A stretch of DNA of 36,268 nucleotides from positions 1-36,268 of the forward strand of contig LVLI01000191.1 in NCBI GenBank assembly GCA_001687465.1, written 5' to 3'. Positions 11,501 to 21,487 of this stretch are shown piece after piece. The stretch comes from Halocafeteria seosinensis. Lineage: Eukaryota. A program made the translations under genes and the position numbers. Each line of letters opens with the position of its first letter. Positions within the stretch are counted from its first letter, which is position 1. A model generated the notes under the pieces. The model was not told the DNA's origin. It searched no databases and saw only the letters and a program-made list of their open reading frames with translations.

Positions 11501-11976
11501 TCGAGCAGAACCATGCGACGTATGAATTGCATTTCGTCATCTTCTAAGAGAGCTTTTAGAAACAAGCGCTCTTGCATACGGTCTATAAAGTAAAGAATGC
11601 AACTGATCACAAGGGCACATCCCACTAAGACGGCGGTGCCTGCAATGACCACACGGGACGCTGTTATTTCATCACGGCTATTTACAGGGTTCCACACGCT
11701 GTCCAGATTTCGGAACGTGTCATCGGGGTCCTCCCTGGTGGTGTTAGCTTCCAGATATCGGTTGTGGCTTACATGCGCACGAAGGAAGTGGGACTGGCTC
11801 AACGGCCCCGTAGACCTCTGAGGAGTTCGTGGGACCTCCCCTACGAGCTCTGAGACACTAATAGTGATGAAAAACAGCATCCCCATAAATAGACTGTACC
11901 CTAAAAGAATCTGGCATGCTGATAACCGTTCTTTAGGGTGAGCAAAGTGATTTAAGTTGTCTTCACGGCGATCCAT
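8518..11976 (-). CDS. Multi-pass membrane protein with a polycystin-1 (PKD1-family)-like transmembrane motif; apparently intronless
   Basis: About 1150-aa ORF with 6 or more hydrophobic segments. EHPYMEFLFRYDPFITRNQRLAVLMGSMTAALVTVAVLY resembles the H.W...F......TR.QRL..TM block of PKD1-like proteins. ATG at 11976 (MDRRED) chosen by eye; the ORF is open upstream to 12132. Confidence 0.7.
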   Translation of the reverse strand: MDRREDNLNHFAHPKERLSACQILLGYSLFMGMLFFITISVSELVGEVPRTPQRSTGPLSQSHFLRAHVSHNRYLEANTTREDPDDTFRNLDSVWNPVNSRDEITASRVVIAGTAVLVGCALVISCILYFIDRMQERLFLKALLEDDEMQFIRRMVLLEGGVFRLGPKQALEHEFTPEHVRQDFPICVRFCLPQSCLRKIAKYQKQTHHYGDFRTMLTAQKPPSLKVWDQFLFASILGSYRGIVLSKALLGRSRVDKIILGDEDDPKAVVHKQKMRLLHLLDHQTARFIQAAALKPIHEGHLIKIDDTMNKNPYKKAAPINPCKRFWEFKALIGNLWCLRMRFEHPYMEFLFRYDPFITRNQRLAVLMGSMTAALVTVAVLYQDIDWFRDLSPYAFQLVVAGLMGCVVQYFASIVLRKIMKWGTTARFQNQYNELWKEIRIREAAEKREGKTKEGFLMMKKYYEATTSTPEKFPPAKNGKPVVVQTRLECDYGLTSKISCAVTHCCIRDMFLYEGLQHPNDSDVGTDDEVTYGWVDPPTFCVKRCSALMKCCNRHPNQRAAWLRKAIIYDGQPKGCCWIGRRPKRELGESIEDGEALDTIAAEEVVRNSLALDCRDRCDTWMERMSCKVFTRYRPIHGIYMGDDVKSLNTKAEVHGASMNDVHVSKEHVKLGSVLPPKSYELPIIFVPAASGAISEERVKALAHWLGVIKKVVIIPEHQGAHSIYIFMAQWDTHNPEVVQFQMGLSFGKVTLEGPNGETWHCKEKPPHHMIPKSIIKGDGTRVSNVDGLTTVRPLGQSDSTSPKTPSGRTVPAPSQLSNNSGHQRLQHVSTRAALLHHHSSRPIYSILRGNEIYIVWPLYGMYILCCAFYMFWWWQEFKDQLLGDLLRGIAMGQVFITFFFFPLASYSRAVWNIAFAIPYSRCLTFLPIIGPRLFALGGLKGPTGRSLSGRLTFVTLPQAAGMASGLGYEHATLTFTDLGIIGGALLNPANTINHRKHVRAYNTERDGGRNRLITRYSDFTMKKSRHLIPPEWLYQRGLIKRYLQLRYRRGFLTTAIERFVEQGIERRAENREKQNCRYSPEARGRWIRFRKYVISGQARRDALADEFFTVSSERREASPTQKQELLRASSVHSSKKKKKSRKHPQNASRRH

Positions 11977-12219
11977 GTTTACTGTCGGCAGCAATAGGAT
12001 GACTTCTCTGCCTCCACACTCACTGGTGTGCAACAATAATGTTATATGTAAAGGACACAATACAACACTGTTACTGGAGTGAATATGACAAGCCTCGAGA
12101 ACAGTAACAAACAACATAGGCGCTTGCGTCACCTTGGCTGATGAGCGGTAAAACGTGCTACGGGGGGGAAACTGGCTTCACTGACAGTCACTGTGTATTT
12201 TCGTTGAAGTGTCACATGC

Positions 12220-12785
12220 CTATTCATGCTCAATTTTATGTTCTCCGTAGGACTTGCGCAGCACTTCCGCAGATTTGGAATGATCTGCGAACGGTAAGAG
12301 CAAGTTTAACAGAAGCAATTCATGTTCTGATCCTAGTTATGGCAGACATACCCGCGGGGCCATATCCCGTAGACTTCCCGTAGACGTTGATAGTTCTTGC
12401 AGACTTGTCATGCTCGATCTTGCCACCTCCTAGAACCTCTAGATGAAAGTCGGAGCCAATTTCATCTTGTACTTTTTCGAAGATATCGCCTGCAACAGTA
12501 CCAGGTATAGACAGCGTTGTATGGTATCCTCCATACCTTCACAGTCTATGCAATTTGTTGAAGGCCGAACCTACCATGGTATTCGCAGTCCCCTCGTCCT
12601 CTTACAATGTGCTTACTGTTTCCAGAAGAATCTTTTACTTGAATAAGAATGTACCTGCCAAAAAGTTCAAAAGTCCACTTATCATCACGTGGGGAATTCA
12701 AACTTCCCGGCACCGTAGAACAATCTTCTTACTTGAATTTGCCTTCGTCGATCTCAGCATCGACGATATCATCCAGGGACGACAT
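12220..12785 (-). CDS. PHPT1: Janus/Ocnus-family 14 kDa phosphohistidine phosphatase; exons 12785-12733, 12654-12575, 12489-12352, 12284-12220
   Basis: Only fragments appear in the ORF track. Introns 12655-12732, 12490-12574 and 12285-12351 give MSSLDDIVDAEIDEGKFKYILIQVK..KHIVRGRGDCEYHGDIFEKV..LEVLGGGKIEHDKSARTINVYGKSTGYGPADHSKSAEVLRKSY..*. GxFKY, EYH (catalytic His), GGGxI and VYGxSxxYG motifs are all present. Confidence 0.93.
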
Positions 12786-13238
12786 TGTTTCAAATTCCTG
12801 TGTGGTGTTAATAAAGTCCCGAATAGTTCCCCTTGAGAAGCAATGTTCCCTGTTAAGCAATCTGTGTTCGGATTCGTGGAATCCTATGCGCAGAGTGTGC
12901 CCAGCTCGGAGTGTATACAGGATACTGCAGCAGTTTGCCAGCCGTCGCTTTGCGTTTCGCGTTGAACAACGAATGACCGAACGGAATACCATCATATACT
13001 GCTCCAATCCGATATTATCGATCTTTGCGCTACAACATGCATGATGCATCGCCGCGTCAACGCGGTGTTCAAGAAAGAAACAATCCTTTCGTCGACTTGT
13101 TGACCCCGATCACGGCGTCCAAGAATGCCATGATATGGCTTGATTTTGCCTCTTTCGGCACATGATTGGACATGCCGTAGTCATATAGCCTTTCTATGGT
13201 GTGTTGTGTCTCGAGAGAGGAACTCGTACGGGAGGAAA

Positions 13239-16200
13239 ATGGCCATGCTGGGAGGATTTGGCGTGTCCGTCTCGGACCAGCGCCATGCTCATTTAGGCCT
13301 TTTAATGGACCAATTGAAGACTGCTCGGCTACATTCAGCCTCCTATTCCGAAGAAGTCCAACTTGAGAAGCTGAATGAGGTCAGGAACTTCTTGAAGGAA
13401 TCCGGGGAAACTGGACTGAAGAACCGGGAATACTTCATTTCCAACGCTACGGGGGCTATTTTGGAACTCTTTGGTTTATTAGACGAGATACACAGACGAA
13501 AAAGGGAGCGATACGTGCATGGAGCTTCTGATGGAGAGGATACACAGGAGGATGAGATAACCTTGGCCGTTTTGGAAATTTTTATCGAACTGTTAACACC
13601 ACTGCAAGAGGAAGAGGATGGCTCATCCCAGAAACACACTTCCTCACGACGAGGTAGCGGTGCATCCAGTAACACGATTTCTGTTCCAACTCACGCCCAG
13701 GCTGCCTACCGCATTGTACAAAGGAGAGAACACATACAGACATTGCTTGAGTTAGTAGCCAATGAGAGCACTTGGGACTCACTCTTGTCATTACAAGTTC
13801 TAGTCCAACTAGTGAAACTTGTTCCTGACATGCTTGTACCACATCTCCAGGATTGTGAAGCGGGATTTGAGGCCCTTATGCAAATGCTCCATGGGAGCGA
13901 GGAGATAAGGAACGAAGCACTACTGCTGATGGTGCATCTGTCTAACCTGAGCTTGCATTTTAGACAGTTCTTTATGTTCCAGGACGGGTTGAGCCAGGTG
14001 TTTTCGCTAATCCACGAGGGAAGTCACTCTCCTACTGACGTATTTCTCCAGGATGGATTGCAGGTTGTCTGTAACGTTTTACGGTCCATTGGTGTTGGAG
14101 ACTCGAACTTGATCGTTCAGCATGACAACTTCTCATCCTCATCGATCAACCCCATTCTACTTAGCAACACAAATTTGCCGCAAAAATCATTTATCGAATT
14201 CGAGAAGTACAAGGATATCATGTCGTTGTTACAGATTTCGGATGGTGATATTGAAGCTAAACAAGAATATGGACATGAGGAAACTACAACGGAGTCGGGC
14301 GGATTTGGGGCGACTCTACGAATGTCATCTACGGATGGTGAAACACAGAAACGGAGTCACCATGAGCAAGATCACCACGGATCGATCGAGCCTGTTGACA
14401 GCGGAATGTTACGATCACAGAAGTCTCTGATTATACACTACGGATTAAGTGTCTTGGAATCGTTGCTAGACCATATTCCCCCCTTGTTGCATCACCTGTT
14501 CTGGAGGGCTAATTGCAATTGTGGGCACGTACTAAAACAGTCGTCTCCGTATAAGTTTTCTGCTGGCCATACGGAAGAAGACGTGGTTTGGGATTGGATG
14601 GATCGACTCTTCGCCGAAAAGAGAAATGTAGTGGCTCACAACCAAGAGGGTTTGGCGATGGCTCCTGGGTTTGTCGAACACATAGCTGATATCGCTTTTG
14701 GACCTTATTGCTCAACGATCCAAAGGATTCGAGCTGTAAGTATCGTCTCTGCAATGGCTTATAACAACAGCCGTGTAGAGCATTCGCTAATGGAAATTGC
14801 ACTTTCCCGCCGAGTCAATGAGCACTTGGCGGGGGAACTAGGTCGTTCGTACAACTTCGTAGAGCTGCCTCAGGAGGGTACCTTCTTAAATGTGTTCTCG
14901 GCGAGCACTATTATTGCTCTACTGGCATCTACTGGACAAAACGCAAGCCTGTCTGAATCTTTTGATGTGGATTCTGTTAATGTTGAAACATTGTCGAGTT
15001 CTTCGTGGGAGCACATTCATGGTCTCCGTCCCCAATCGCAGGGGGAGACGTGCGCTAATTTCCTTTTAGAACACCTGCAGTCCTCTGAAGACGCATGCAT
15101 TACCTTTATTGGTCAAACGATTTCGTCGCCACGGGCTATGAACATTGATAACGATGCGGAGTCTCCGCCCATCTTATCTCCAGGTAGGATTGTGTTGGAT
15201 GCTTTTTTCTCCAGCTGCGATGCTCTATCTTCCCAGTTACAAGCCAACGAATCGTTTGCTTTCAACGAAACTAGCCGAGCCCATCTTGGTGTGTTTTCAT
15301 TCTGCTGTCGGGTATATGAGTCGATATTTCGTACCAGCCGTACGGCTTGCGAAGAAATTGGATTCAGACTATCTCGGGCTCAGAGACCGACGGACACAGG
15401 GAATTACTGTGAGCGCTTGTTAGATTTTATAATAAAAACGCTGTTAACTCTGCTAACAAATCGCGGAGCAAATGCTGACTCCGTATATGTGAATCTTGAA
15501 AAGCAGCAGATCGAGCACTCAGCAACCAGTGGTATGAGCTTGAGCGATTACATGGTCTGGTCGCTTTTTAGGATCCTATCCCCCTGGGCTTGCATTTCCA
15601 ACGAAGTGGTGGAACAAATTGCCCAAGAAGTGATGGGAGTTTACATGATAGACGTCGGGAAGCATCTCGAGGCAAGCCTTTCCCGGCAGGCTGCCGTTGC
15701 TTTTTTTGTTACCAGTCTCTGCCTGTCGTCAAAGGAACCTAGTGAGACCCACCCCAAGTTGGAGCGGATTCTTGAGGACAACGAATCTTTGGCAAGTTCA
15801 TCCGCGGAACAGATAAGAGCAAGTATACTACATAGTGTAACACTAGGAAACTTGGAGGGTATTCTGAGCAATTTTTGGAGCAGCTCTTCGTCCGGGGAGT
15901 TCTTTCAAACAGTTGAAACCGAATGGAAGAATAGCTTTGATGGCTTGTCGCGCAGCCTAGGGCTAAACGAGGAGTTGCTCTTTCGAACCTTACAACTGCT
16001 GTGTCCTTCTTTCGATATAGAGCATACCAAGAATCGACTCAGTCCTCTATTGTTAACGGCCTCATCGTCGTTGTGCAGCTGCTTAGCGATGCAATACGAA
16101 ATTGATATATCCTATGTCCCATTTGAATCGCCGCCTCGAGACAACACTGCATATTGCAGTGCCACAATGGATCCTTTCATTGTACTGAAAACACGCCAGT

Positions 16201-18269
16201 TGCAGCAACAGTTGAGCGAAAAAGCTGCTGAGCAACAAATCAGTAAGATAAACCATCTTTTGGCTTCTTACGATATTTCGGAAAAGGTACTAGACGCAGA
16301 AAGCATTAGCAACGATCTGTCGGCGGAAGTGCTGAAGCAAGTCGTGAAAGAGTTGTTAAGGCTTGTGAAGGAGTCTCCATCGGATTCGAAAATCGCTACT
16401 GATGACGTCGCATCCAGCATTCCAAGGGCAGGAGCAGGCAAAGAAGCACCAATAGTGAAGCAGCTAGAAGAAGAGCGGGATACCTTCAAAAGACGTGTCA
16501 AGGAACTAGAGGCTGATGTTGAGGCCCTGGAATCGGCGAATATCGTACCTACTCGTAAGCAAGGAACTTCTGCCACCGAGGAAACGGAAAATCTTCGACA
16601 GCAACTTGAAAACGAGCGTCATCGGAGACGCGAATTAGAGGAACAGCACACTTCGCATTTTGTCAATCCAGAACGCTTAACTGTGGGTCGCGGCCCGCAC
16701 GTTGCCATAGGCGGCAACGATAACTTAGAAAGAGCAATTTCCTTCGTAGCACAAGCAATGAGAACCCTTGAAATTACAGACAAAGAGGCTCCTAACGATG
16801 CGGCCAACTTACCACGGAACCTGTCCAGAGTTGAGGAGACCTTGGCTTCAAAGTGTAGTTCTTTGAACTCAATCTCAGCTGAGCTGGAACAGCTACGAAA
16901 CGACCACGAAGAACTACTTGTACTCCTGGCATCTCAAGATTTCGAGCAAGAAGAACTAAGGCAAGAACTTGCCAAGTGGGGCGGAAGCACTGCCCTCCAA
17001 AACGCACAAGAACGTGCCCAGCAGGCACTGCGCAGGTTCACCAACGACGGCGATAATATTGTTGACAACGAGTATTTGAGCAAAACGTTAGAATTCATGG
17101 ATAATGAACGTGGAGTTTCTTATGAAAAAGCGGCTGACACCTCTATGAATTACTCGTTTGGATACGACTCTCATCCCGTGACTGCTATTCAAGATCCCAA
17201 TAACGAGCATGGGCAGGGGTTCGAGCGTTGGGATGATAATATGGGTGAATCCGGGGGTACAAAGGAACGGGTAGTAACGGAAAACGGTTCAATTGGGGAA
17301 GAACGCAGACGTTCTGTGGAGAATGACGCAGTCGATATAAAGCCTAGTGATGAGCAGCAAGCAAGTATAAATAAGAATGGCCATCCTAATTGCGAGCATG
17401 GATCACTTGTTGAATCTTTTGGCTTACAAGAGCAGCAGACCACGTCTCAAGATAACAGTTCAGAGCAGTATAGTAGGATGAGTGAGCAAGACCATCCATT
17501 CCGTGAACATGTAGACACTTCGCAAGAGGGACTTAACCAATTTCAGGACAACCCTTCGAAGCATACCATGATGAATGATGAAAGTAGCTATACTGCTCCA
17601 GAGCAAACGGAAGAGTACGTGCAGTTTAGCTCGCACGATGGAACTGAGCTGAAGGAACCACAAGAGGAACATTCCGGAAACTTGGAGGACGATGAAGAAA
17701 CCCACTATTCTGCTCGAGAGCAAGGTGCCCTGGATTATTTTCGATCGCAGCATCGGCAGCAGACTGATGACGTTAGCGCTAGAGGGTATCAACAAAATCA
17801 TCCTACGAATGTCCAAGATGATGATGACGAGTTTGAAGAAGTGCCTTTATCTCCCGACGGAAGTGAAACACATAGATCGGGCCAAGCAGGATTTGCTAGC
17901 TCAATATGGAGTGGACTTTGGAATCTGGGTAAGACTGTAATCGATGATGCCGTGGAAGACCCCTACTACGAAAATAACAACGAAGATACAGAAGAAGGGT
18001 ATGGCGAGGAGGATTTCCTATATGAGAATCGCGAGATGCCCTATGATAAACCCGGTAAACACTGGTTCAGTAACGCCGAGCTGGCCGCGCAACGGCAACA
18101 TGAGTATGACTGCTCCAACGTCGATAGCAATGTTAAAGATACTGAAGAAAACAGTGAGCCTTCTTCCTCTCAGTTTTTCGCGAGTGGTGCCGGGGACTCA
18201 ACTAGTCTCTTTGACACAGATACTGGTGAGTCCCCAACAGTGCGCAGTGCAGCAAAGTGGTTCGGATGA
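13239..18269 (+). CDS. USO1: Uso1/p115 Golgi vesicle-tethering protein, single exon, with long acidic tail
   Basis: Armadillo-head motif EEIRNEALLLMVHLS..FQDGLSQVFSLIHEG..FLQDGLQVVCNVLR, coiled coils, and the p115 C-terminal signature LRNDHEELLVLLASQD. First ATG at 13239. Confidence 0.82.
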   Translation: MAMLGGFGVSVSDQRHAHLGLLMDQLKTARLHSASYSEEVQLEKLNEVRNFLKESGETGLKNREYFISNATGAILELFGLLDEIHRRKRERYVHGASDGEDTQEDEITLAVLEIFIELLTPLQEEEDGSSQKHTSSRRGSGASSNTISVPTHAQAAYRIVQRREHIQTLLELVANESTWDSLLSLQVLVQLVKLVPDMLVPHLQDCEAGFEALMQMLHGSEEIRNEALLLMVHLSNLSLHFRQFFMFQDGLSQVFSLIHEGSHSPTDVFLQDGLQVVCNVLRSIGVGDSNLIVQHDNFSSSSINPILLSNTNLPQKSFIEFEKYKDIMSLLQISDGDIEAKQEYGHEETTTESGGFGATLRMSSTDGETQKRSHHEQDHHGSIEPVDSGMLRSQKSLIIHYGLSVLESLLDHIPPLLHHLFWRANCNCGHVLKQSSPYKFSAGHTEEDVVWDWMDRLFAEKRNVVAHNQEGLAMAPGFVEHIADIAFGPYCSTIQRIRAVSIVSAMAYNNSRVEHSLMEIALSRRVNEHLAGELGRSYNFVELPQEGTFLNVFSASTIIALLASTGQNASLSESFDVDSVNVETLSSSSWEHIHGLRPQSQGETCANFLLEHLQSSEDACITFIGQTISSPRAMNIDNDAESPPILSPGRIVLDAFFSSCDALSSQLQANESFAFNETSRAHLGVFSFCCRVYESIFRTSRTACEEIGFRLSRAQRPTDTGNYCERLLDFIIKTLLTLLTNRGANADSVYVNLEKQQIEHSATSGMSLSDYMVWSLFRILSPWACISNEVVEQIAQEVMGVYMIDVGKHLEASLSRQAAVAFFVTSLCLSSKEPSETHPKLERILEDNESLASSSAEQIRASILHSVTLGNLEGILSNFWSSSSSGEFFQTVETEWKNSFDGLSRSLGLNEELLFRTLQLLCPSFDIEHTKNRLSPLLLTASSSLCSCLAMQYEIDISYVPFESPPRDNTAYCSATMDPFIVLKTRQLQQQLSEKAAEQQISKINHLLASYDISEKVLDAESISNDLSAEVLKQVVKELLRLVKESPSDSKIATDDVASSIPRAGAGKEAPIVKQLEEERDTFKRRVKELEADVEALESANIVPTRKQGTSATEETENLRQQLENERHRRRELEEQHTSHFVNPERLTVGRGPHVAIGGNDNLERAISFVAQAMRTLEITDKEAPNDAANLPRNLSRVEETLASKCSSLNSISAELEQLRNDHEELLVLLASQDFEQEELRQELAKWGGSTALQNAQERAQQALRRFTNDGDNIVDNEYLSKTLEFMDNERGVSYEKAADTSMNYSFGYDSHPVTAIQDPNNEHGQGFERWDDNMGESGGTKERVVTENGSIGEERRRSVENDAVDIKPSDEQQASINKNGHPNCEHGSLVESFGLQEQQTTSQDNSSEQYSRMSEQDHPFREHVDTSQEGLNQFQDNPSKHTMMNDESSYTAPEQTEEYVQFSSHDGTELKEPQEEHSGNLEDDEETHYSAREQGALDYFRSQHRQQTDDVSARGYQQNHPTNVQDDDDEFEEVPLSPDGSETHRSGQAGFASSIWSGLWNLGKTVIDDAVEDPYYENNNEDTEEGYGEEDFLYENREMPYDKPGKHWFSNAELAAQRQHEYDCSNVDSNVKDTEENSEPSSSQFFASGAGDSTSLFDTDTGESPTVRSAAKWFG

Positions 18270-18421
18270 CTGTTTTCTAACTAGTGATTTTAGAGGGGTT
18301 GCTTCCGGATGCGTTGATATACTTCCTGCTTTTGTCCTTGGCAAGAGGGCGTTTGCGTTCCATAGTTTGCTCATTTCTACGTCAACGCCAATGCTGTTTG
18401 AAGAAGTTGTTGCGAGTGCGC

Positions 18422-21400
18422 TTAACTGCTGATTATTTGCACTGAACAATCACCACTTCCTACTGCATCTTCTGCTGGTTCATCCCTATACAAATCAAAG
18501 GCAGGATGCAAAACAACATCTCTACCGGCTAGTCGATTGCACGCCGAAAACGTTAGCAGTCCGTATAACAGGTTTTCACCTTCGGGAATTTCCTCTAACC
18601 TACTCCGTAGCTTTTTCACTAGAGGGTGACTACCCTTAACAATAGAGAATCGTTCGATATCACGCTGGTATGTTTCTGCACATCTCTGCACGGCAGAGTT
18701 GCTTTTTTTCTTTCCGCGGGTCGGCTTGGCAAGAGCCGATTCCTCGGGTAAAATATACTTCCTGAGCAATCTCCACACGGGATTGTTCTCGAATTCGGGC
18801 GGATTCTCTTTATGCACGGCTTCTTCGCTCCCCGGGAATCCTAAAAGAACCACGAAACGCCAAAGTGTGTGAGCGAGGGTATGTTCTTCATCAGATTTTA
18901 GTGCTTCACCCAAAGCCAAGAAGGTTACATCCTCAAAAGTAGCATTTATTTCTTCGGGATACAAACTTGTACGGTCGTTCGAGCTCGACTTTTGCTTCCG
19001 AGCCTGTGACAATCTTCTTTGTCCCAACTTCGCTTTATCCTTCCAAAGTCCTTCCAACTCCTTTATTAGAGCGTCCGGCGCCTGGACTTCCTCTAATATC
19101 TCTTCGTACGGCATGGCTCCAGTGAAACAGTGGAACATGCAGAGACCGAGATTCCACATATCGTTGTGAAAACCTTGTGTCGAGGCGTCACCGTATATTA
19201 GGAATTCTGGTGGCACGTTTTCGAAAGTGGTAAAATGATGAACCTGCACTGACTTTCCCAAAGATTCCGAGTCACAATCCGCTGTTCCAAAGTCGGCGAG
19301 TTTAACGAGGTTGGACCGTTTGGAGTAGCAATCTAATGGCAATAAGAGTCTATAATTAGCATCCTCAATCTTGTACCTCAGGTGGACGCAACTGTTGTTG
19401 CAATCATTTGAATTAAGCATTTCGCTTGCGGGTCTCAGCAGAAAGTTCAGGAGCTTAATATCATAGTGACACAAACCAATTTCTCTCTGGGCTACATGAA
19501 GCGAAAATGCCATTTGAAACACATAGCTCAAGGCATCTTGTCCTGAATAGGATACGTCGATATTTTCGCCGTCTTCCATTCGAAGAAATTCCTCCATATC
19601 GCCTTGCGCGCAGAGTTCCATTCTAATATACTGATAATGCGATTTCTCACTTTCCGGAGGACTCGGAATTTTTGCTACCTGTGGATTGTCCGAACTTTGA
19701 GAATCGTCCCCTTGAATGCTTTCAATGGCACTCTTGACCTTTTCGCTATGTTGAGAATATACTGAGCTAAGCTCTCCGGCGGAAACCTGCCATGGGTTCG
19801 TGCTTTCCTCGTTTCCCCACCAAGCCGCTGATATGTGATACTGGTGAGGGAAGACTTGATAAACCTCTACGTAGTGAGGACACTTACCAGTCCGCACCAA
19901 CTCACTGAGTAAGCATGAAGTTTGTACTTCAGCTTTTACCATTTCAAAGTTATCAACTGCGCACAATGTTTCAACGTCCATGATAGCCACTGCCTCCATT
20001 CTACATAAAGCAGCACACCAGACCTCGTAAACCTCCTTAAATCCACCGGCAGTCAAGTATCGTCCCCATGGAAACGCTTTTAAAAACGGGTACCACTGCG
20101 TATTTAGGGGAACAACTGGTTTGCTACTGGTATCAGCAAAATCATGATGTTTGGTTTCGGCTGCCCTCCAGGAGTATAACGTCCGCGAGATCCTATTCCA
20201 GTCTTTGCAAACTTGGGGTGCTATGTGCATTAAATGATAAGAATCCAGGAACTCCAGCACAAATTCAAAAACTTTCAATGACTCCTCTTTAGAAAGTTCT
20301 TTCCGTTTAGTGTCCCGGCGCTGTGCTTCTGTTTCCTGGTTGAGAGATGAGGTTTTCGTTGTACTCGCTTGAGGTTTCTTAGTCAGAACGTTACCCGGAG
20401 TCTGTTTCACATCTAAGCCGGGTAGTTTGACCGCGCCTATTAACGACATTCTATCCTTCAGTGAACTAGAGGCTTTGGTTTGCTCCGACGTCTCCGATGT
20501 TGAGTTCTGTCCGGGAGGTTTCACACTCTTATTGGCTAGACCGGGGAGTGCATACGCACTACCACCAACACTAATCCTTCTCATTTGATTCATAGAAGGA
20601 GCGCGCGCTGACTTCATCGACATCCTGCTCATTTTTGCAACAGAGCCCCGTTTCTGCTGCGCGCTACTGAATTTCTTTGAGAAGGCCTGCTTGGCTAGTC
20701 CGTTCTTGGAGCCCAGCTGATTTGCAGGAGCATTGACACCCAATACTTTCGTTTTATCGCTGTGCCCGTGAAGTTTAGTTTCTGTTTCTTCCGTCTTATG
20801 TTGTCGCCCTTCGTCCTCGCGGTGGTGAGATTCTTCAGTAAACTGTAGTCCCTCGGCTACATCGGAGTGGGTACTATTCTCGCTAGTTGTACTCAACGAC
20901 CCCAGGCTTGGTCTCTCCTTATTTCGATGCTGCACTAGTGGCGTCATCTGATCCTGTTGTTTCTCAGTGTTCTGCTCTTCTTCTTCTTCTCCTTCTCCAT
21001 CTCTATCACCGGTGTGACCATCTTCTTCGGATTCCAGCAACGACGATAACCCTTCCATACCAACAACAGATTTCCATGTGTTACTTGCTGACGTCGGTTT
21101 GTCTTTACTGGTTTGTTTCTTACCATAGTAGTTTCGCTGAACGGGTCTTGCTTCATGCCAATGCACACCCTTGTTCGAAAAAACTCGAAGGGGCTTGGAT
21201 GATGAAACGTGCACTTTACTTTCCTGTTGGGTGTCCCCGGCATCGTGACTAATGCTAGAGGAAGCTGTATCATTTCGTCGACGACGTCCATACTGGGACT
21301 TTACAGATGGTCCTCCGGTCGCATTCACTGTATTTTCGTCTACGACACCCAAAGGCTGGTTTTTGCGAAGCTGACTTCGTCCGCCGGTCTGTGTGTCTTT

Positions 21401-21487
21401 TTTGCCTCTACCACCAGTGTTCTCATCAGCGGCGTTCGTAAAGCGGGCTGTACGGATTGGCCTTTCTAAAGGAGGCGTACTGTCCAT
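18422..21487 (-). CDS. Atypical protein kinase with disordered N-terminus and an F-box-like motif; single exon
   Basis: F-box-like ESLKVFEFVLEFLDSYHLMHIAPQVCKDWNRIS. Kinase motifs AGGFKEVY, YIRMELCAQGDME, HYDIKLLNFLL, KLADFG, PPE, DMWNLG, and a C-terminal R..GRDVVLHPAF. Confidence 0.85.
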   Translation of the reverse strand: MDSTPPLERPIRTARFTNAADENTGGRGKKDTQTGGRSQLRKNQPLGVVDENTVNATGGPSVKSQYGRRRRNDTASSSISHDAGDTQQESKVHVSSSKPLRVFSNKGVHWHEARPVQRNYYGKKQTSKDKPTSASNTWKSVVGMEGLSSLLESEEDGHTGDRDGEGEEEEEQNTEKQQDQMTPLVQHRNKERPSLGSLSTTSENSTHSDVAEGLQFTEESHHREDEGRQHKTEETETKLHGHSDKTKVLGVNAPANQLGSKNGLAKQAFSKKFSSAQQKRGSVAKMSRMSMKSARAPSMNQMRRISVGGSAYALPGLANKSVKPPGQNSTSETSEQTKASSSLKDRMSLIGAVKLPGLDVKQTPGNVLTKKPQASTTKTSSLNQETEAQRRDTKRKELSKEESLKVFEFVLEFLDSYHLMHIAPQVCKDWNRISRTLYSWRAAETKHHDFADTSSKPVVPLNTQWYPFLKAFPWGRYLTAGGFKEVYEVWCAALCRMEAVAIMDVETLCAVDNFEMVKAEVQTSCLLSELVRTGKCPHYVEVYQVFPHQYHISAAWWGNEESTNPWQVSAGELSSVYSQHSEKVKSAIESIQGDDSQSSDNPQVAKIPSPPESEKSHYQYIRMELCAQGDMEEFLRMEDGENIDVSYSGQDALSYVFQMAFSLHVAQREIGLCHYDIKLLNFLLRPASEMLNSNDCNNSCVHLRYKIEDANYRLLLPLDCYSKRSNLVKLADFGTADCDSESLGKSVQVHHFTTFENVPPEFLIYGDASTQGFHNDMWNLGLCMFHCFTGAMPYEEILEEVQAPDALIKELEGLWKDKAKLGQRRLSQARKQKSSSNDRTSLYPEEINATFEDVTFLALGEALKSDEEHTLAHTLWRFVVLLGFPGSEEAVHKENPPEFENNPVWRLLRKYILPEESALAKPTRGKKKSNSAVQRCAETYQRDIERFSIVKGSHPLVKKLRSRLEEIPEGENLLYGLLTFSACNRLAGRDVVLHPAFDLYRDEPAEDAVGSGDCSVQIISS

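Noticed and set aside
12786..13049. Upstream extension of the ORF containing PHPT1 exon 1
   Set aside because: Family similarity starts at the ATG at 12785; the upstream part looks like chance open frame in the UTR or promoter.
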